Below are positions 37,274-51,488 of a stretch of DNA of 54,914 nt, one piece after another (position 1 is the stretch's first letter; each line of letters begins with the position of its first letter). The notes beneath the pieces are model-generated. The model did not search any database and was not told the origin of the DNA. It saw only the letters and a list, made by a program, of their open reading frames with translations. Made by a program: the position numbers and the translations under genes. The stretch is from Chloroflexota bacterium (GTDB taxonomy: Bacteria; Chloroflexota; Anaerolineae; J102): the NCBI GenBank assembly GCA_024224665.1, contig JAAENG010000424.1, positions 1-54,914 of the forward strand, given 5' to 3'.

Positions 37274-39355
37274 ATGATGACCCGGTTCACCAAAACCCAG
37301 CGACTTGGGTTGGTCGCCATCCTCCTGCTTGCATTTGCCTTGCGCCTTTATCGCTTAGGCGTAGAGAGTCTTTGGTATGATGAAACCGTCAGCGCCCTGC
37401 TGGCGTCCAAACCACTGGCGAGCATGTGGGCGCATACCGCCGGCGACATTCATCCTCCCCTGTACTACGGTTTGCTGCATCTCTGGACCGGTTTAACAAG
37501 CTCCAGTGAATTTACCCTCGCCTTTATGTCGCTCTGGTTTGGGATGGCGACGATTCCTTTGATTACGTATCTGGCATTGCAATTGTATGGTCCTCGCACC
37601 GGTGTGCTGGCTGCCTTGCTAGTTGCAGTCAATCCCTTTAGCATCTGGTACGCTCAGGAAGTACGCATGTACTCGCTGGGGACATTTCTGTTGGCAATTG
37701 TCTTGGTGCTTTCCCTCGATTTCGTGCAGTGGAAGCGTAGACATGCATTTCAGACGTTGGGACTTTACGTAATTATTGCGGCCTCGGCTCTGTGGACGCT
37801 TTACTACAGCGCTTTTGCCCTGGCTGTCCTGAATACATTTGTTATTATCTGGTTGTTATTGCGAGATCGACAGCGATTGTGGCCCTGGTTATTGGCTCAG
37901 ATCGGCGTTCTGGTGCTCTACCTGCCGTGGTTGCCCAATGCCCTCCGCCAGGTACTAGACCCTCCTGTCCCCCCCTGGCGGGATGCCATCCCCCTGCACG
38001 AGCTATTGCTGAAAGTGGGGCAACAAGGCAGCACCGCTCTTGCCTTTGGTCAGTCATTAGATCCGACAGTAGGGTGGGCGCCAAGTCTGGTAGCCCTGTT
38101 CCTGGCGCTGGCAGCGTTGCGAGCCCCCGCACGTCGTTGGGGCGATGAACCCACCTGGTGGGCATCAGGGCTGCTGTGGGTAACTGTGATCGGACCTGTC
38201 TTACTTATTTTTGCAGTATCTGCACTCATAAGCCCCCTTTACCACGTTCGCTATCTCAGTCTGTACAACGCCGCCTATCCCGTGTTGGTAGCGGTAGGGC
38301 TATTGCATGTGGCAGGGATGGACGATTGGGCTGAGATCTCGACTAGGGCATCGGCACCGCGCCACTGGCTGCGCTGGCGGCAAGCGATCAGCGTGATCAT
38401 TGGCTTCTTTTTGCTTGTTGGTACTTTTATCAGCCTCCGCAACTACCACACCGATCGATTTGCCTATGAATCTGCTGACGATCTGCGCAGCGCTGTACGT
38501 TTCATCTATGATCAAATGGGCCCTCGTGATGCTATTCTGATCAATGCAGGATACCTTTATCCGGCATTGCTGACCTATTGGCCGGGTGATATCGGCTGGT
38601 TGGGTAGACTCAGCGATTATCCTCCGCCTGGATCTGAAATCGAGTCCGGCCCGATCGTTGTCCTCACCGGCCATGTTGGCGGAGACTCAGATATCGGTTG
38701 GGGAGATGCCGACAGCGATTTTTACCCTATCAGTAGTAAGGAAACAGCCGATAGTTTGGCACGACTCTTTGCCGATACCAACACGGTCTGGCAGTTACGC
38801 GGCTATGATACAGTCAACGATCCCGGCCACTTTATTCGAAGCTGGTTGGAATCTAGCGGCGAACTTATGCTCAACTCCGTATTTCCGGGCCAGACATCTG
38901 TGCGGGTCCAGGTCTGGCGAACGACCCCGACTACCCGATCGCAGTTCACAATTGGACACTCTTTGCCAATAGATTTTGAGAGTGGGATGCGGTTGCTTGG
39001 TTATGATATGTCGCCCCCCACGCTACAAGCAGGTGAACCGTTACGTCTCACACTCTATTGGCAGCGAACCGGCGCCATTAATCAGCCCTACAAAGTTTTC
39101 GTACAACTCCTCGACGAAGGCCAAAATGTAATTTCCCAAGATGACGCGCATCCCGGCCGTGGTGAACATCCCACCGATCAGTGGCTCCCCGGCGAGCTGG
39201 TGGAATCGACTTTCATCTTATCGGCGCCAGCAGACCTATCTACTGGCGAGTATGCGCTCGTCACCGGTTTCTACGATGAAACAAGCGGCGAGCGTCTGTT
39301 GATCGATGGTGGTGGAGATGCAATTACACTGCGATCATTTTTCTTCGAACCCTAG
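37274..39355 (+). CDS. GT39/ArnT-like (PMT_2) polyprenyl-phosphate-sugar-dependent glycosyltransferase
   Basis: Multi-TM N-terminal region with the typical start LRLYRLGVESLWYDETVSA...DIHPPLYY, followed by a ~270-aa extracytoplasmic C-terminal domain. Start taken at ATG 37274. Confidence 0.7.
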   Translation: MMTRFTKTQRLGLVAILLLAFALRLYRLGVESLWYDETVSALLASKPLASMWAHTAGDIHPPLYYGLLHLWTGLTSSSEFTLAFMSLWFGMATIPLITYLALQLYGPRTGVLAALLVAVNPFSIWYAQEVRMYSLGTFLLAIVLVLSLDFVQWKRRHAFQTLGLYVIIAASALWTLYYSAFALAVLNTFVIIWLLLRDRQRLWPWLLAQIGVLVLYLPWLPNALRQVLDPPVPPWRDAIPLHELLLKVGQQGSTALAFGQSLDPTVGWAPSLVALFLALAALRAPARRWGDEPTWWASGLLWVTVIGPVLLIFAVSALISPLYHVRYLSLYNAAYPVLVAVGLLHVAGMDDWAEISTRASAPRHWLRWRQAISVIIGFFLLVGTFISLRNYHTDRFAYESADDLRSAVRFIYDQMGPRDAILINAGYLYPALLTYWPGDIGWLGRLSDYPPPGSEIESGPIVVLTGHVGGDSDIGWGDADSDFYPISSKETADSLARLFADTNTVWQLRGYDTVNDPGHFIRSWLESSGELMLNSVFPGQTSVRVQVWRTTPTTRSQFTIGHSLPIDFESGMRLLGYDMSPPTLQAGEPLRLTLYWQRTGAINQPYKVFVQLLDEGQNVISQDDAHPGRGEHPTDQWLPGELVESTFILSAPADLSTGEYALVTGFYDETSGERLLIDGGGDAITLRSFFFEP

Positions 39356-39370
39356 GATCTACACCACGCC

Positions 39371-40120
39371 ATGAACACAACCATATGCTACGGAGATCTA
39401 ACCTATCTTGAAATTCAAGAAAGGGCGCAATCAGGCTGGCTGGCCGTGATCCCCACAGGTTGTACGGAGCAGCAAGGGCCCCATCTTCCCGTCGATGCCG
39501 ATACATGGCTGGCAGAGCAGGTTTGTCTGAATGGTGCTGCAAGAGCTACGCAACAATTTGGTGTACAGTGCCTTGTTCTACCAACGTTGCCCTTTGGCCC
39601 CACCCCTGAACATCGGCACTATGGCAGCGGATTCATCGATATTCCCCAGATCCTGCACGAGAAGATATTAAGAGCGATGCTCGAATCATTGGCCACTCAA
39701 GGATTCAGCCGTCTGGTGATCTGGCGAGGATGTGGGCAACATGAATTGGCCGAAACGATACGAATCTTCAACGCTGCCTATGTCGGAACAGCTCGTGTCT
39801 TCCAACCTGATTTTCCTCATTACGGTATCTGGTGTCGCCATGCTGATCCCAATATTCCCGGTGGTCATGCCGACAGTTATATGACCTCATTGATGATGCA
39901 TCTGCGGCCCCAGGCCGTACGACTCGAACAGATTCGAAATCCACACAGCCTTCCTGTTGATTGGGAAGATCCCGATCTCGATTTTGCTCACCATTCTAAA
40001 ACCGGGGTGATCGGAGATCCTACCCATGCCAGTGCCGGGCTAGGTGCCAGATTGTGGGAGGATGTTCAAGATTCTGTGGCACAGACCTTGCGAGACATCG
40101 CGCAGTCACCCGTAATATGA
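39371..40120 (+). CDS. Creatininase-family amidohydrolase (creatininase / ArfB / MftE fold)
   Basis: VIPTGCTEQQGPHLPVDADT and a later GGHAD segment match the family metal-binding pattern. Confidence 0.7.
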   Translation: MNTTICYGDLTYLEIQERAQSGWLAVIPTGCTEQQGPHLPVDADTWLAEQVCLNGAARATQQFGVQCLVLPTLPFGPTPEHRHYGSGFIDIPQILHEKILRAMLESLATQGFSRLVIWRGCGQHELAETIRIFNAAYVGTARVFQPDFPHYGIWCRHADPNIPGGHADSYMTSLMMHLRPQAVRLEQIRNPHSLPVDWEDPDLDFAHHSKTGVIGDPTHASAGLGARLWEDVQDSVAQTLRDIAQSPVI

Positions 40121-40223
40121 GCCGGTAATTGCAACATTGATGTACATTTGAACTACAACTCGATCAGTCGGAGTCTTGTTTGATTGTCCAGAAAAAAGGT
40201 ATCCTGTTTGTGGAGGAATGCGC

Positions 40224-41110
40224 ATGATTATCAGAAAGGCTGTCATCACGGCAGCTGGCCGTAAACACCCCACACTACCGTTACAGATGCTGATGGATCG
40301 TGATGGTAGAGAGCGATCTGTGCTCGGTATCTTAGTCAAAGAAGTCATGAGCGCCGGGATCGAAGAGATTGCCGTCATCGTGCCGCCGGGGGAGGAATCC
40401 CGCTTTGCCAAAGTAGTCGGCAATGTAATGGCGCGTTTGCATTTTATCCCACAGCCCGAAGCGCTGGGCTATGGCCATGCGGTGTATTGCGCCAGTGGGT
40501 TTGTTGGAGACGAACCCTTTTTGCACCTGGTGGGCGATCATCTCTATGTGAGTGGCGATAACAGCAGTTGCGCCCGGCAGTTGGTTGAGGTGGCACAGGC
40601 TGAGTCCTGTGCGGTTTCAGCGGTACAACCTACCCGCGAGAGCTTGCTGCCCTACTTTGGTGCAGTCGGCGGCCGGCATCTGCCCAACCGCAAAGGTCTG
40701 TATCAAGTCGAGACCGTGATTGAAAAGCCAACCCCCACCGAGGCAGAATACCGCCTGCTGGTGTCTGGCCTTCGTGCCGGGCATTACCTGTGCTTTTTTG
40801 GCATGCACGCGCTCACGCCAACCGTGATGGAGATCCTGGCGAGGCAAGTGATGCATGCAGCGCATGCAGCGCATGCAGCGCATGCAGCGCACGCTATCAA
40901 CCCAATGCATTTATCCGGCGCTCTGTCTGAGCTGGCAAAGCGGGAGAAATATCTGGCCATGGAGCAGCAGTCGCGGCGCTACGATGTGGGTGTCAGATAC
41001 GGATTACTCACCGCCCAGATTGCGTTGGCGCTGGAAGGTGTTGACCGCGAACAAGTCTTGGTGCTGCTGCTCGAATTATTGGCACAGCGCCAGCTAGGTG
41101 CAGTAAGGGA

Positions 41111-41114
<4 letters not shown>
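40224..41114 (+). CDS. GalU-like sugar-1-phosphate nucleotidyltransferase paralog with a degenerate G-x-G-T-R loop
   Basis: [17 protein letters not shown] occupies the position of KAVIPAAGLGTRFLPATK. The rest is colinear with GalU-type NTP-transferases. GGAGG lies 7 nt before ATG 40224. ATGA overlap with the next gene. Confidence 0.6.
40853..40892 (+). repeat. In-frame 9-bp tandem repeat (GCATGCAGC x4 plus a partial copy) encoding (HAA)n
   Basis: Four perfect copies fall at 40853-40888, each with an SphI-like GCATGC. The translation is [14 protein letters not shown]. Confidence 0.9.
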
Positions 41115-44461
<3,347 letters not shown>

Positions 44462-44472
44462 TGGCCACCGCC

Positions 44473-45237
44473 CTACCTGTTCATCTCCCAGATCAACCTC
44501 AACCCCACCAGCGTCAACCAGGGTTCAACCCGCTCGATAACCCTGGTTTCCTGCGCAATCAAATTTGCCTTTTGGCCGGTGGCGATTACGCACATGCCCT
44601 CACCTAATTCCGACCGGAATCGCTCTACCAACCCTTCTACCAGGCCCACATAACCGTAGATCAATCCCGCCTGCATGCTCTCGACCGTATTGCGCCCGAT
44701 CACACGATCAGGCCGGGCCAGCATCACATCGGGGAGTTGTGCCGCGCCTTGGCTCAGGGCGGCAACCGCCATCTCCAGGCCCGGGGCGATAGCATGGCCT
44801 ACATAATCGCCATTGCCATCCAGAGCATCAAAGGTGGAGGTCGAGCCGAAATCGACGATACAGATAGGGCCGCGGAACAACCTTTTGGCGGCTACGGCAT
44901 TGGCGACCCGATCGGCACCCAATAGGCGCGGCGCTTCCCGGCGGATGCGCAACCCTGTTTTTAGACCCGGCCCCACGACCATCGCTGCGGCCCCCAGCAC
45001 CTGTTTGCACACGGCCCCCCAAACAGGTGTCAGCGAAGGCACCACCCCGGCGATGATCGCTCCCTTAAGGCGGCCGATCTCAAGCGCGTCACGGGCGAAC
45101 AGGGAACGCAGCTGCAGGTTGTATTCATCTGCTGTACGCCCTACCTGCGTTTCCAGCCGCCAGTGTGCGAGCAGATTCTCGCCGGAAAAAACGCCCAGCG
45201 TCACATCTTGATTGGCAATATCTATACAAAGTAGCAT
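44473..45237 (-). CDS. coaX: Type III pantothenate kinase
   Basis: LLCIDIANQD, LGADRVANAVAA, IVDFGSTSTFD, GHAIAPG. ATG 45237 is preferred over the upstream GTG. Confidence 0.85.
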   Translation of the reverse strand: MLLCIDIANQDVTLGVFSGENLLAHWRLETQVGRTADEYNLQLRSLFARDALEIGRLKGAIIAGVVPSLTPVWGAVCKQVLGAAAMVVGPGLKTGLRIRREAPRLLGADRVANAVAAKRLFRGPICIVDFGSTSTFDALDGNGDYVGHAIAPGLEMAVAALSQGAAQLPDVMLARPDRVIGRNTVESMQAGLIYGYVGLVEGLVERFRSELGEGMCVIATGQKANLIAQETRVIERVEPWLTLVGLRLIWEMNR

Positions 45238-45359
45238 GTTCGTACGATGACTACGGTCTGAATCCAACACAACAATCTGTAAAGAGCACGGCGTTGCTAT
45301 GTGCGATCAACCCACCTTAGGTTTTGTGGGTGATAGCTACCGAAATCCGCTTCGGCGCA

Positions 45360-46397
45360 TTACACAGACAGTATGGCCGAAAGCGGAAAATGATCAGAGG
45401 CATGTGGGTATTTCTTCCACATGGGGAGATCATCCTTCATGATCCGCTGAACTTGAGCATCACTCACCCAGCCATCTTCCCGGTTCTTGGAATAGAGGAT
45501 GTGGTCGATCCAAACTCGGTGCCAGGCATTATTGAAAATTGGATCCTTAAAACTTGTCGTATGAACAGAAGAAAAATCCAAGGCGATTTGTGCTTTATCC
45601 GAGAGGGTGTCGAACAAGGCATTGCCCAGGCACAGTTCCGGTTTCCAGACGCTGCCCATCAAGCGCTCGATCCCACTGCCAAACAAGCGTTTTTCGCTGG
45701 CATCCAGCCCCGGCCCATCATTGATATCGCCGCATACGATCAAAGGGACGTTACGGGTTTGTGGATCAGTAAGAAAGGGATCGAGAAACTGAAGGCGAAT
45801 TTGTGTGGCCTGTGCCAAGATCTTGCGGCGGTTGGCATCGGCGATCTGCCACCATTTGCTCCATTCGTACGCCTTGAAAATGCCCTTGCTTTTGAGATGG
45901 AGACCTAGAATGCGGAAATTTCTGCCGTTTTGCGGTCTGATCTCGACGTAGAGAGGGCGACGCTCGAACTTGAAGCGTTCCTCTAACTCGTCGTCATCCG
46001 TATCCACAAGGAAGGGATCAAAGGCTTGTAAATTGTTGGTATCGATATAGCGGAAGGGTGGGTGGTCAAATTTGCCCTGATCGATACGTACGGCAATGCC
46101 GATAATCTGCGACCGTCCTTTTGAATATTGAGTCTGCACCACCCAATCCCCTTCCACATCTTCATCGTAGAAGAGTTGCAACTCACTCGCCCTGTTGGGC
46201 CCCTCCACACATACAACAATATCGGGCGCCAATTCGTTCAAGACTCCCGACAGATCATCACGACGCTGGCGCACGGTGGAACCTTGGGCGTGGTAAGGGG
46301 TTTCGTCATCCGCCTTAAAAGCAGCGGGCAGATTGTTTGGGCCATAGAGATCATTCATCCACTCCATGTTCCAAACGACAAGCTTCAATCCTGACAT
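45360..46397 (-). CDS. Endonuclease/exonuclease/phosphatase (EEP) family protein
   Basis: VVWNMEW, VVCVEG, LIVCGDINDGPG and a C-terminal SDHFPL. Confidence 0.8.
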   Translation of the reverse strand: MSGLKLVVWNMEWMNDLYGPNNLPAAFKADDETPYHAQGSTVRQRRDDLSGVLNELAPDIVVCVEGPNRASELQLFYDEDVEGDWVVQTQYSKGRSQIIGIAVRIDQGKFDHPPFRYIDTNNLQAFDPFLVDTDDDELEERFKFERRPLYVEIRPQNGRNFRILGLHLKSKGIFKAYEWSKWWQIADANRRKILAQATQIRLQFLDPFLTDPQTRNVPLIVCGDINDGPGLDASEKRLFGSGIERLMGSVWKPELCLGNALFDTLSDKAQIALDFSSVHTTSFKDPIFNNAWHRVWIDHILYSKNREDGWVSDAQVQRIMKDDLPMWKKYPHASDHFPLSAILSV

Positions 46398-46532
46398 CTC
46401 AGACTCCAGATAGATGAATGGCTACGGGTACTGTGAAATGATAACGTAGGTTTGTCGAGCAGGCAATCCGGCGGAATCCACTAAAATGCGAGGCATACAG
46501 GCCTTACTCTTATGGGGGTATGCAATGACTGC

Positions 46533-47327
46533 TCAATCGGTCTCTTCGTCAACCCGCTTCCGATCTATACGAACGACTTGGATGGTATAGACGATGGGAA
46601 CGATGATGGCGAAGAGGAACCACTGGATGGAGGATCCCGGATGCGGCTCCTCATCCAGGATGATGGGGGGGGGGTTGCGCGTCGGCACGCCGGTGTGAGC
46701 GGGGGATGGCGTAAGGGCGATGTAAAAGGGTAGGAGTTCGTAGGGCAGTTGGTTCTGAAAGCCGGCGATATCGACACGATACCACTCTTGCCGAGCCTGA
46801 TCTGGAATTTCGGCGTTTTTAGGACGGTTGTCCTCGGGCTCGATCCGGCCTTCGAGTGTCTGCTCCACGGCCTCGCGTACCCCCGCCAGTCCTGTTTGCT
46901 CCTCATAGGTGGTGGGATCAATCCAACCTCTGTCGATCAGCACGGCCCTGTCACTGCCCTCGATCAGAAAAGGCGTGAGAACATGGAACCCTGGTTGGTC
47001 CAGATAAAGTTGGCTTTTCAAAAGGACTTCACGCTCGAAATCATAGGCTCCACTGACAACGGCTCGCCGATAACGCAAGGTCTGGGCATCCAGACCTATC
47101 TCATCACCACGAATCGTAAGTGGATTCGCTTCGATTTCGGCCAGCGATGCAGCCATATAGGCGCGTTTCTGAGCCAAGCGGTCGAGTTGCCAGAAGCCCA
47201 GACGGATCATAACGGCCGCGGCGAAAAAAACCAGCAAGGTGGTAAGAATCCATCGTCGTTTGAACAAGAGAAATGGCAGGCTGTCCTGACGGCGCTGTGG
47301 GAACGATGAGGTAGAAGATGCAGACAT
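46533..47327 (-). CDS. SURF1-family cytochrome oxidase biogenesis protein
   Basis: Two terminal TM segments. RLGFWQLDRL, HVLTPF and LIDRGWI motifs. Confidence 0.8.
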   Translation of the reverse strand: MSASSTSSFPQRRQDSLPFLLFKRRWILTTLLVFFAAAVMIRLGFWQLDRLAQKRAYMAASLAEIEANPLTIRGDEIGLDAQTLRYRRAVVSGAYDFEREVLLKSQLYLDQPGFHVLTPFLIEGSDRAVLIDRGWIDPTTYEEQTGLAGVREAVEQTLEGRIEPEDNRPKNAEIPDQARQEWYRVDIAGFQNQLPYELLPFYIALTPSPAHTGVPTRNPPPIILDEEPHPGSSIQWFLFAIIVPIVYTIQVVRIDRKRVDEETD

Positions 47328-47576
47328 TGAATAATTTAGAACACGGTACGTACAAGGATGGGCCCATTCTAGCATAGGCGCTTCTCTGTGGTCAGATCGG
47401 CATCATACTGTACTGGTGTATTTTGCTATAATCTGATAAAATCAGCACACTTGGGAAGACAGTGACGCAGACATTGCACAGGGTGATTTTGATCAAATAT
47501 TGGTGTTTGTAGCCATGGCGTCAATGCCGATTCGTACCATTCACGCCACCACCGTTCGATTTCGCGAGGTGTTACC

Positions 47577-49379
47577 ATGGTGTTGCACTCCTTCAACCTG
47601 CGCCGCTGTCTCATTGTCGCGTTTGTACTGGCGATCCTTCTTTTTATCCTCATGCTTCTCTTGCCGAAGCCGGTGCAGGCGGGGAATGGCCCCAATTCGG
47701 GACAGCCGGGTACCTGGTATCGGGTCAAACGAGGGGATACCTGGCAAAAATTGTCAAGGCGCTCGGGCAATACCGTCAAAATGCTGCAAAAAGCCAATCC
47801 CAGGCATATCCACCGCGCCAAACGTCTGATCCCAGGCCATAAGCTGTGGGCGCCTACCCCGGTGGCTTGCCCTGGCGACTACAGCGAATACGGCGCCATC
47901 ATCGAGACCTATCTCAATAAAAAGGGGGCGACGCCCGCGCGCTTGCGTAAGTGGTTGCAGAATTGCGGTGTGATGGATGGCACGTTAGGCGGTGTATCCG
48001 GCTACGCATTACGCGACGTGAAAGAGGGTGACCTGGTTGTAGTTATCCACGATCTGCCCGCTGCATTCGTTATGCCTTCGGGTACCTTGCTTGTTTTTCA
48101 CGATATGGGGACTCATTACGTATTGGCACATGAGCAGCGGCCCGGTGGCAAAATCGAGGTCCTTGACGTCGGTGATATCACGGGAGATGGTCGCCGCGAG
48201 ATTACCTGGACAGCGACCGATTGCGGTGCGCATACTTGCTTTAGCACACTCTACGTAGAGCAATGGGATGGCATGAGCTATCGAGATTGGATAGTGGGTA
48301 TGCCGACAATGGCTTCGGCAGCGTACAGTATCAACAGCAGTGGCACTGCCTTGATGGGGAATGAGATCGTCGTTCACGGTGGTCTCATTGGCTCAGTAGG
48401 TGCTGGCCCGCAACGAGCCTCGAGCGAGGTCTATTTCCATGGCGCCGATACACCCTATTATTTGCTGTGGAAAGTTTATGATGATTCCGGCTGCCTCTAT
48501 CATCACGTTCTGGATGCCAACGAGGCCTATGATCGTGCAGATGTCGAAGGGTACGGCCTGGCGATTATGCTTTATGAAGCCCTGTTGGCCGACACAACGC
48601 TACAAGCCTGCGCACCCTTTATCTGGGAAGATGTGGCGCCGGCCGAATATGAACTCCCCAACGAACTGGAGGCTTTGCGAGACTTTGCGCGTTTCCGCCT
48701 GGTTGTCGCTTATAGCATCGAAGGGAATAGTGGCGGGGCTGCGAATGCCTACAGCCAACTGACAACTTCCCCGTTTATAGGTGCAGCTGACACATTTCTG
48801 ACAAGTTATGCCTCTAGTTCTGATCCGGTAGCAGCCTGCTCCGATGTCTGGGTGTATGCTTTGGCCATCCCGGCCACCTGGACATTTCTGTTGGACTGGG
48901 GATACGCCAATCCCACCTTTTCGGCCGAAGCGTTATGCAGCGGCGCCGCTTCCATCCACGGTGTTGTCTGGGCCGACCGTTGCACGATCCCGGATGGTGG
49001 ATCTCTCCCGCCCAGTCCCGGCTGTGTGCCGTCAGGCAGCGGCTACAGTGCCAACGGCGTGCGCGAGGCTGGAGAATTGGGCATTTATGATATCGCTGTG
49101 AATCTGCTGTCAGGAACGTGCGCCACCGTAGGCGTACCAATCGAAAATAGTACGCTCACCGAAATCGACGGCGAGTACAGATTCAGCGGCCTGATATCCG
49201 CTGACTACTGCGTGGAGATATTACTGGCAAGCGCTGACAATACCGAAATCTTGATCCCGGGTAGTTGGACAGCCCCTACCTCCGGTGATGCCGGCGGAAA
49301 CATGCGCTATGATGTCACGCTTTCGCCCGGCCAGATGTTGCAAGGGCTTGATTTCGGCTGGGACTATCAATTTGACTGA
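47577..49379 (+). CDS. Secreted or anchored LysM-domain protein with a C-terminal SdrD-B/Cna-B-like fold
   Basis: Signal anchor. LysM segment (YRVKRGDTWQKLSRRSGNTVKMLQKANP). The C-terminal EIDGEYRFSGL resembles SD-repeat B domains. The middle ~400 aa is unassigned. Confidence 0.65.
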   Translation: MVLHSFNLRRCLIVAFVLAILLFILMLLLPKPVQAGNGPNSGQPGTWYRVKRGDTWQKLSRRSGNTVKMLQKANPRHIHRAKRLIPGHKLWAPTPVACPGDYSEYGAIIETYLNKKGATPARLRKWLQNCGVMDGTLGGVSGYALRDVKEGDLVVVIHDLPAAFVMPSGTLLVFHDMGTHYVLAHEQRPGGKIEVLDVGDITGDGRREITWTATDCGAHTCFSTLYVEQWDGMSYRDWIVGMPTMASAAYSINSSGTALMGNEIVVHGGLIGSVGAGPQRASSEVYFHGADTPYYLLWKVYDDSGCLYHHVLDANEAYDRADVEGYGLAIMLYEALLADTTLQACAPFIWEDVAPAEYELPNELEALRDFARFRLVVAYSIEGNSGGAANAYSQLTTSPFIGAADTFLTSYASSSDPVAACSDVWVYALAIPATWTFLLDWGYANPTFSAEALCSGAASIHGVVWADRCTIPDGGSLPPSPGCVPSGSGYSANGVREAGELGIYDIAVNLLSGTCATVGVPIENSTLTEIDGEYRFSGLISADYCVEILLASADNTEILIPGSWTAPTSGDAGGNMRYDVTLSPGQMLQGLDFGWDYQFD

Positions 49380-49552
49380 GCCTCCATTAACCTGAGGATG
49401 CAATGCACTGAGGTATGTCTGATTGACCTGTTTTGTGGTTACGATTGGCGGCTATGGGCTGCTCAGTGCGTTGCACCAGACGTGAGCTGAATAGCGACGA
49501 GCCCAGCTGAATACTCAGTTGGTAGTGTTGGCGTCCCAAAAAAAACGTGATC

Positions 49553-50989
49553 TTAGTGCCCAAACCCCACCGTGCCTCGCATCTCCATTGGCATGGAGAA
49601 CAGGTAGATGGCTGCCAATGCGAGTGCCAGCGCCAGGATGATCCATGGCAAAAGAGCTTTGATCATGTCAGATTGTCGGGTATGCGTAGCGCTGGCGCGC
49701 TCATTTAAGACATAAAGACTGCCCATAAAGCCGATCCCAATGGCGAGCATCTCCAGGGGCAATAGCCAGCGGAAAGGTAAAATCGCTGCCAACGACCAAT
49801 CGGGAACGCCCAACATGAGAATGCCGTGGTCAATCAGGAAGTTCTGGAAGACTGGAATAATAGTAAGAGCGCCTGTAGCGAAATGGAACCCATAATGTGC
49901 GAGCCAGATGGTGAAACCCAAAGGAACCAGAGCCGGAACATAACGGGTGAAAACAAGACGTAACGAGTCATCTGTGCCTGACAGACGTTGGCTTAACCAA
50001 GCGGCGCTAAGACCGAGTGTGGCAGGTAACAGGAGTTCTAGAAAGCCAAATATGAACAGAAGTGAAAGCCCATTCCCAAGCATGGGCAACCAGCTCATCA
50101 ATCCTGCCTGCAATTCGTAGACCGGTGGCACCATACCAAAGGCGTTGGCCAGACTGGCGCCAACAAACAACAATGCCAGAAAGGCGACATCCCAACGCTG
50201 GGGCCAGACGCCCTGGCTGAGTTCACGTAGGGGAAATCGTGCGGCCAGCGCTACATTGTCATGTGGGCAGGCGCGGGCGCAGTCCAAACAGAAGATGCAG
50301 TCTAGATTGCTCTGTAATCTGGGGACAAAGAGTTCGGTTCCGCAGCCGAGTACATCTGTGCTGTCATTCACGCATTCCTTGTCAATACAAGTACGGCATA
50401 TCTCCTGGCTGCGGGTTGTGATCTGTGTAGGGGAAATGGTAGCGCCGACGAAATTGAATGATCCAAGAGGGCAGAGATATTTGCAGAAAGGGGATTCGGC
50501 AAATAGTGCTTCTAAAACAAAAGATGCGGCGAAGTAAACAATTGCCAGCCAGGCGGTTAACCAGGGGCTGGCCCACAGATCAAGCCATTCATACAGAAAG
50601 AAGATGAGGAATAGTAGCAGAATGGCCAGCCATTTATTGCGCAGGGCTCGCGGCCAACGTCTGCCGCTGCCACTGAGTCGCCTGGCCAGCGTACGGGGTA
50701 GTGTAAAGGGGCATCCCATACAGAACAGATTTCCCACAAGTAGTAGCGCCAGCATGACCAACCCGCGGTAATGAATCCATGCAGTAACCGTGGCAATGTT
50801 TTCGGGCGCCAATTGCGGTCCCGTGAGACCGTCATAGATAATCAGCAATGTAAGTATGAGCAAGAGTGTTTGATAGAGCAAACGCCCCCATCGCCAACGC
50901 AACACGCGCCCCAAAAGAGGCGCATGTAATAGATCAATGCCTGGTGGCGGTTGGTAAATCGGATCGGAGATTCGCCGGTGCGTTGTCAT
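49553..50989 (-). CDS. Membrane polyferredoxin of the CcoG/FixG-NapH family
   Basis: Two membrane CxxCP motifs (FCMGCPF, FCKYLCPLGSF) plus ferredoxin-type clusters (CRTCIDKEC; CIFCLDCARACP). Many TM segments. Confidence 0.7.
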   Translation of the reverse strand: MTTHRRISDPIYQPPPGIDLLHAPLLGRVLRWRWGRLLYQTLLLILTLLIIYDGLTGPQLAPENIATVTAWIHYRGLVMLALLLVGNLFCMGCPFTLPRTLARRLSGSGRRWPRALRNKWLAILLLFLIFFLYEWLDLWASPWLTAWLAIVYFAASFVLEALFAESPFCKYLCPLGSFNFVGATISPTQITTRSQEICRTCIDKECVNDSTDVLGCGTELFVPRLQSNLDCIFCLDCARACPHDNVALAARFPLRELSQGVWPQRWDVAFLALLFVGASLANAFGMVPPVYELQAGLMSWLPMLGNGLSLLFIFGFLELLLPATLGLSAAWLSQRLSGTDDSLRLVFTRYVPALVPLGFTIWLAHYGFHFATGALTIIPVFQNFLIDHGILMLGVPDWSLAAILPFRWLLPLEMLAIGIGFMGSLYVLNERASATHTRQSDMIKALLPWIILALALALAAIYLFSMPMEMRGTVGFGH

Positions 50990-51020
50990 GCGGATGGTGG
51001 GGTGGACGCCAGCGTTACTC

Positions 51021-51461
51021 CTAGCGCATGTCGCTTGCCACAGTCAGATCGAAACGCCGTGTAACTATGTTGCCGTCAGGAAGTGTGGCCACAATAGAGA
51101 TAGTCCAATCCCCTGCCATTGTCCAGGTTAAAGGCACCGTGTAAACGCCCTGATTACTCTGCGATGTGTTGGCGATAACCGCTGTCATTCCGGCGTGGCT
51201 CATATCCCCTTTCATGGCAAGATTTGCACCCTCGATGGTATCTCCATTGGCATCGCGCAGGGTGATAGTGAGCGTGGCCTCACCAACCGCCGGCGGATCC
51301 GGTGTAACCGCCAATGTCATCTGCATGCCATCATCTGAAGCTAAGCCCCCCGACTGGTGGCTGGTACGCGCACAGCCAGTTACGATCGCACCTAAGAGAA
51401 TTAACAAAAAGGAGGTGAACAACAGTCCTGATGACAAAGACCGGGGCATTGTCTTCAGCAT
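51021..51461 (-). CDS. YtkA/FixH-like lipoprotein
   Basis: Lipobox LGAIVTGC. An Ig-like segment is rich in Met/His (KGDMSHAGM...GVYTVPLTWTMAGDWTISI). Confidence 0.55.
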   Translation of the reverse strand: MLKTMPRSLSSGLLFTSFLLILLGAIVTGCARTSHQSGGLASDDGMQMTLAVTPDPPAVGEATLTITLRDANGDTIEGANLAMKGDMSHAGMTAVIANTSQSNQGVYTVPLTWTMAGDWTISIVATLPDGNIVTRRFDLTVASDMR

Positions 51462-51488
51462 AAACGGTTTTCCTTAGGCGCTTACGAA

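Noticed and set aside
37093-37320. 75-aa minus-strand ORF upstream of the GT39-like gene, and the 129-338 plus-strand ORF at the window start.
   Set aside because: Neither has a motif or ribosome-binding site. Both overlap better-supported features or promoter regions and are judged to be chance ORFs.
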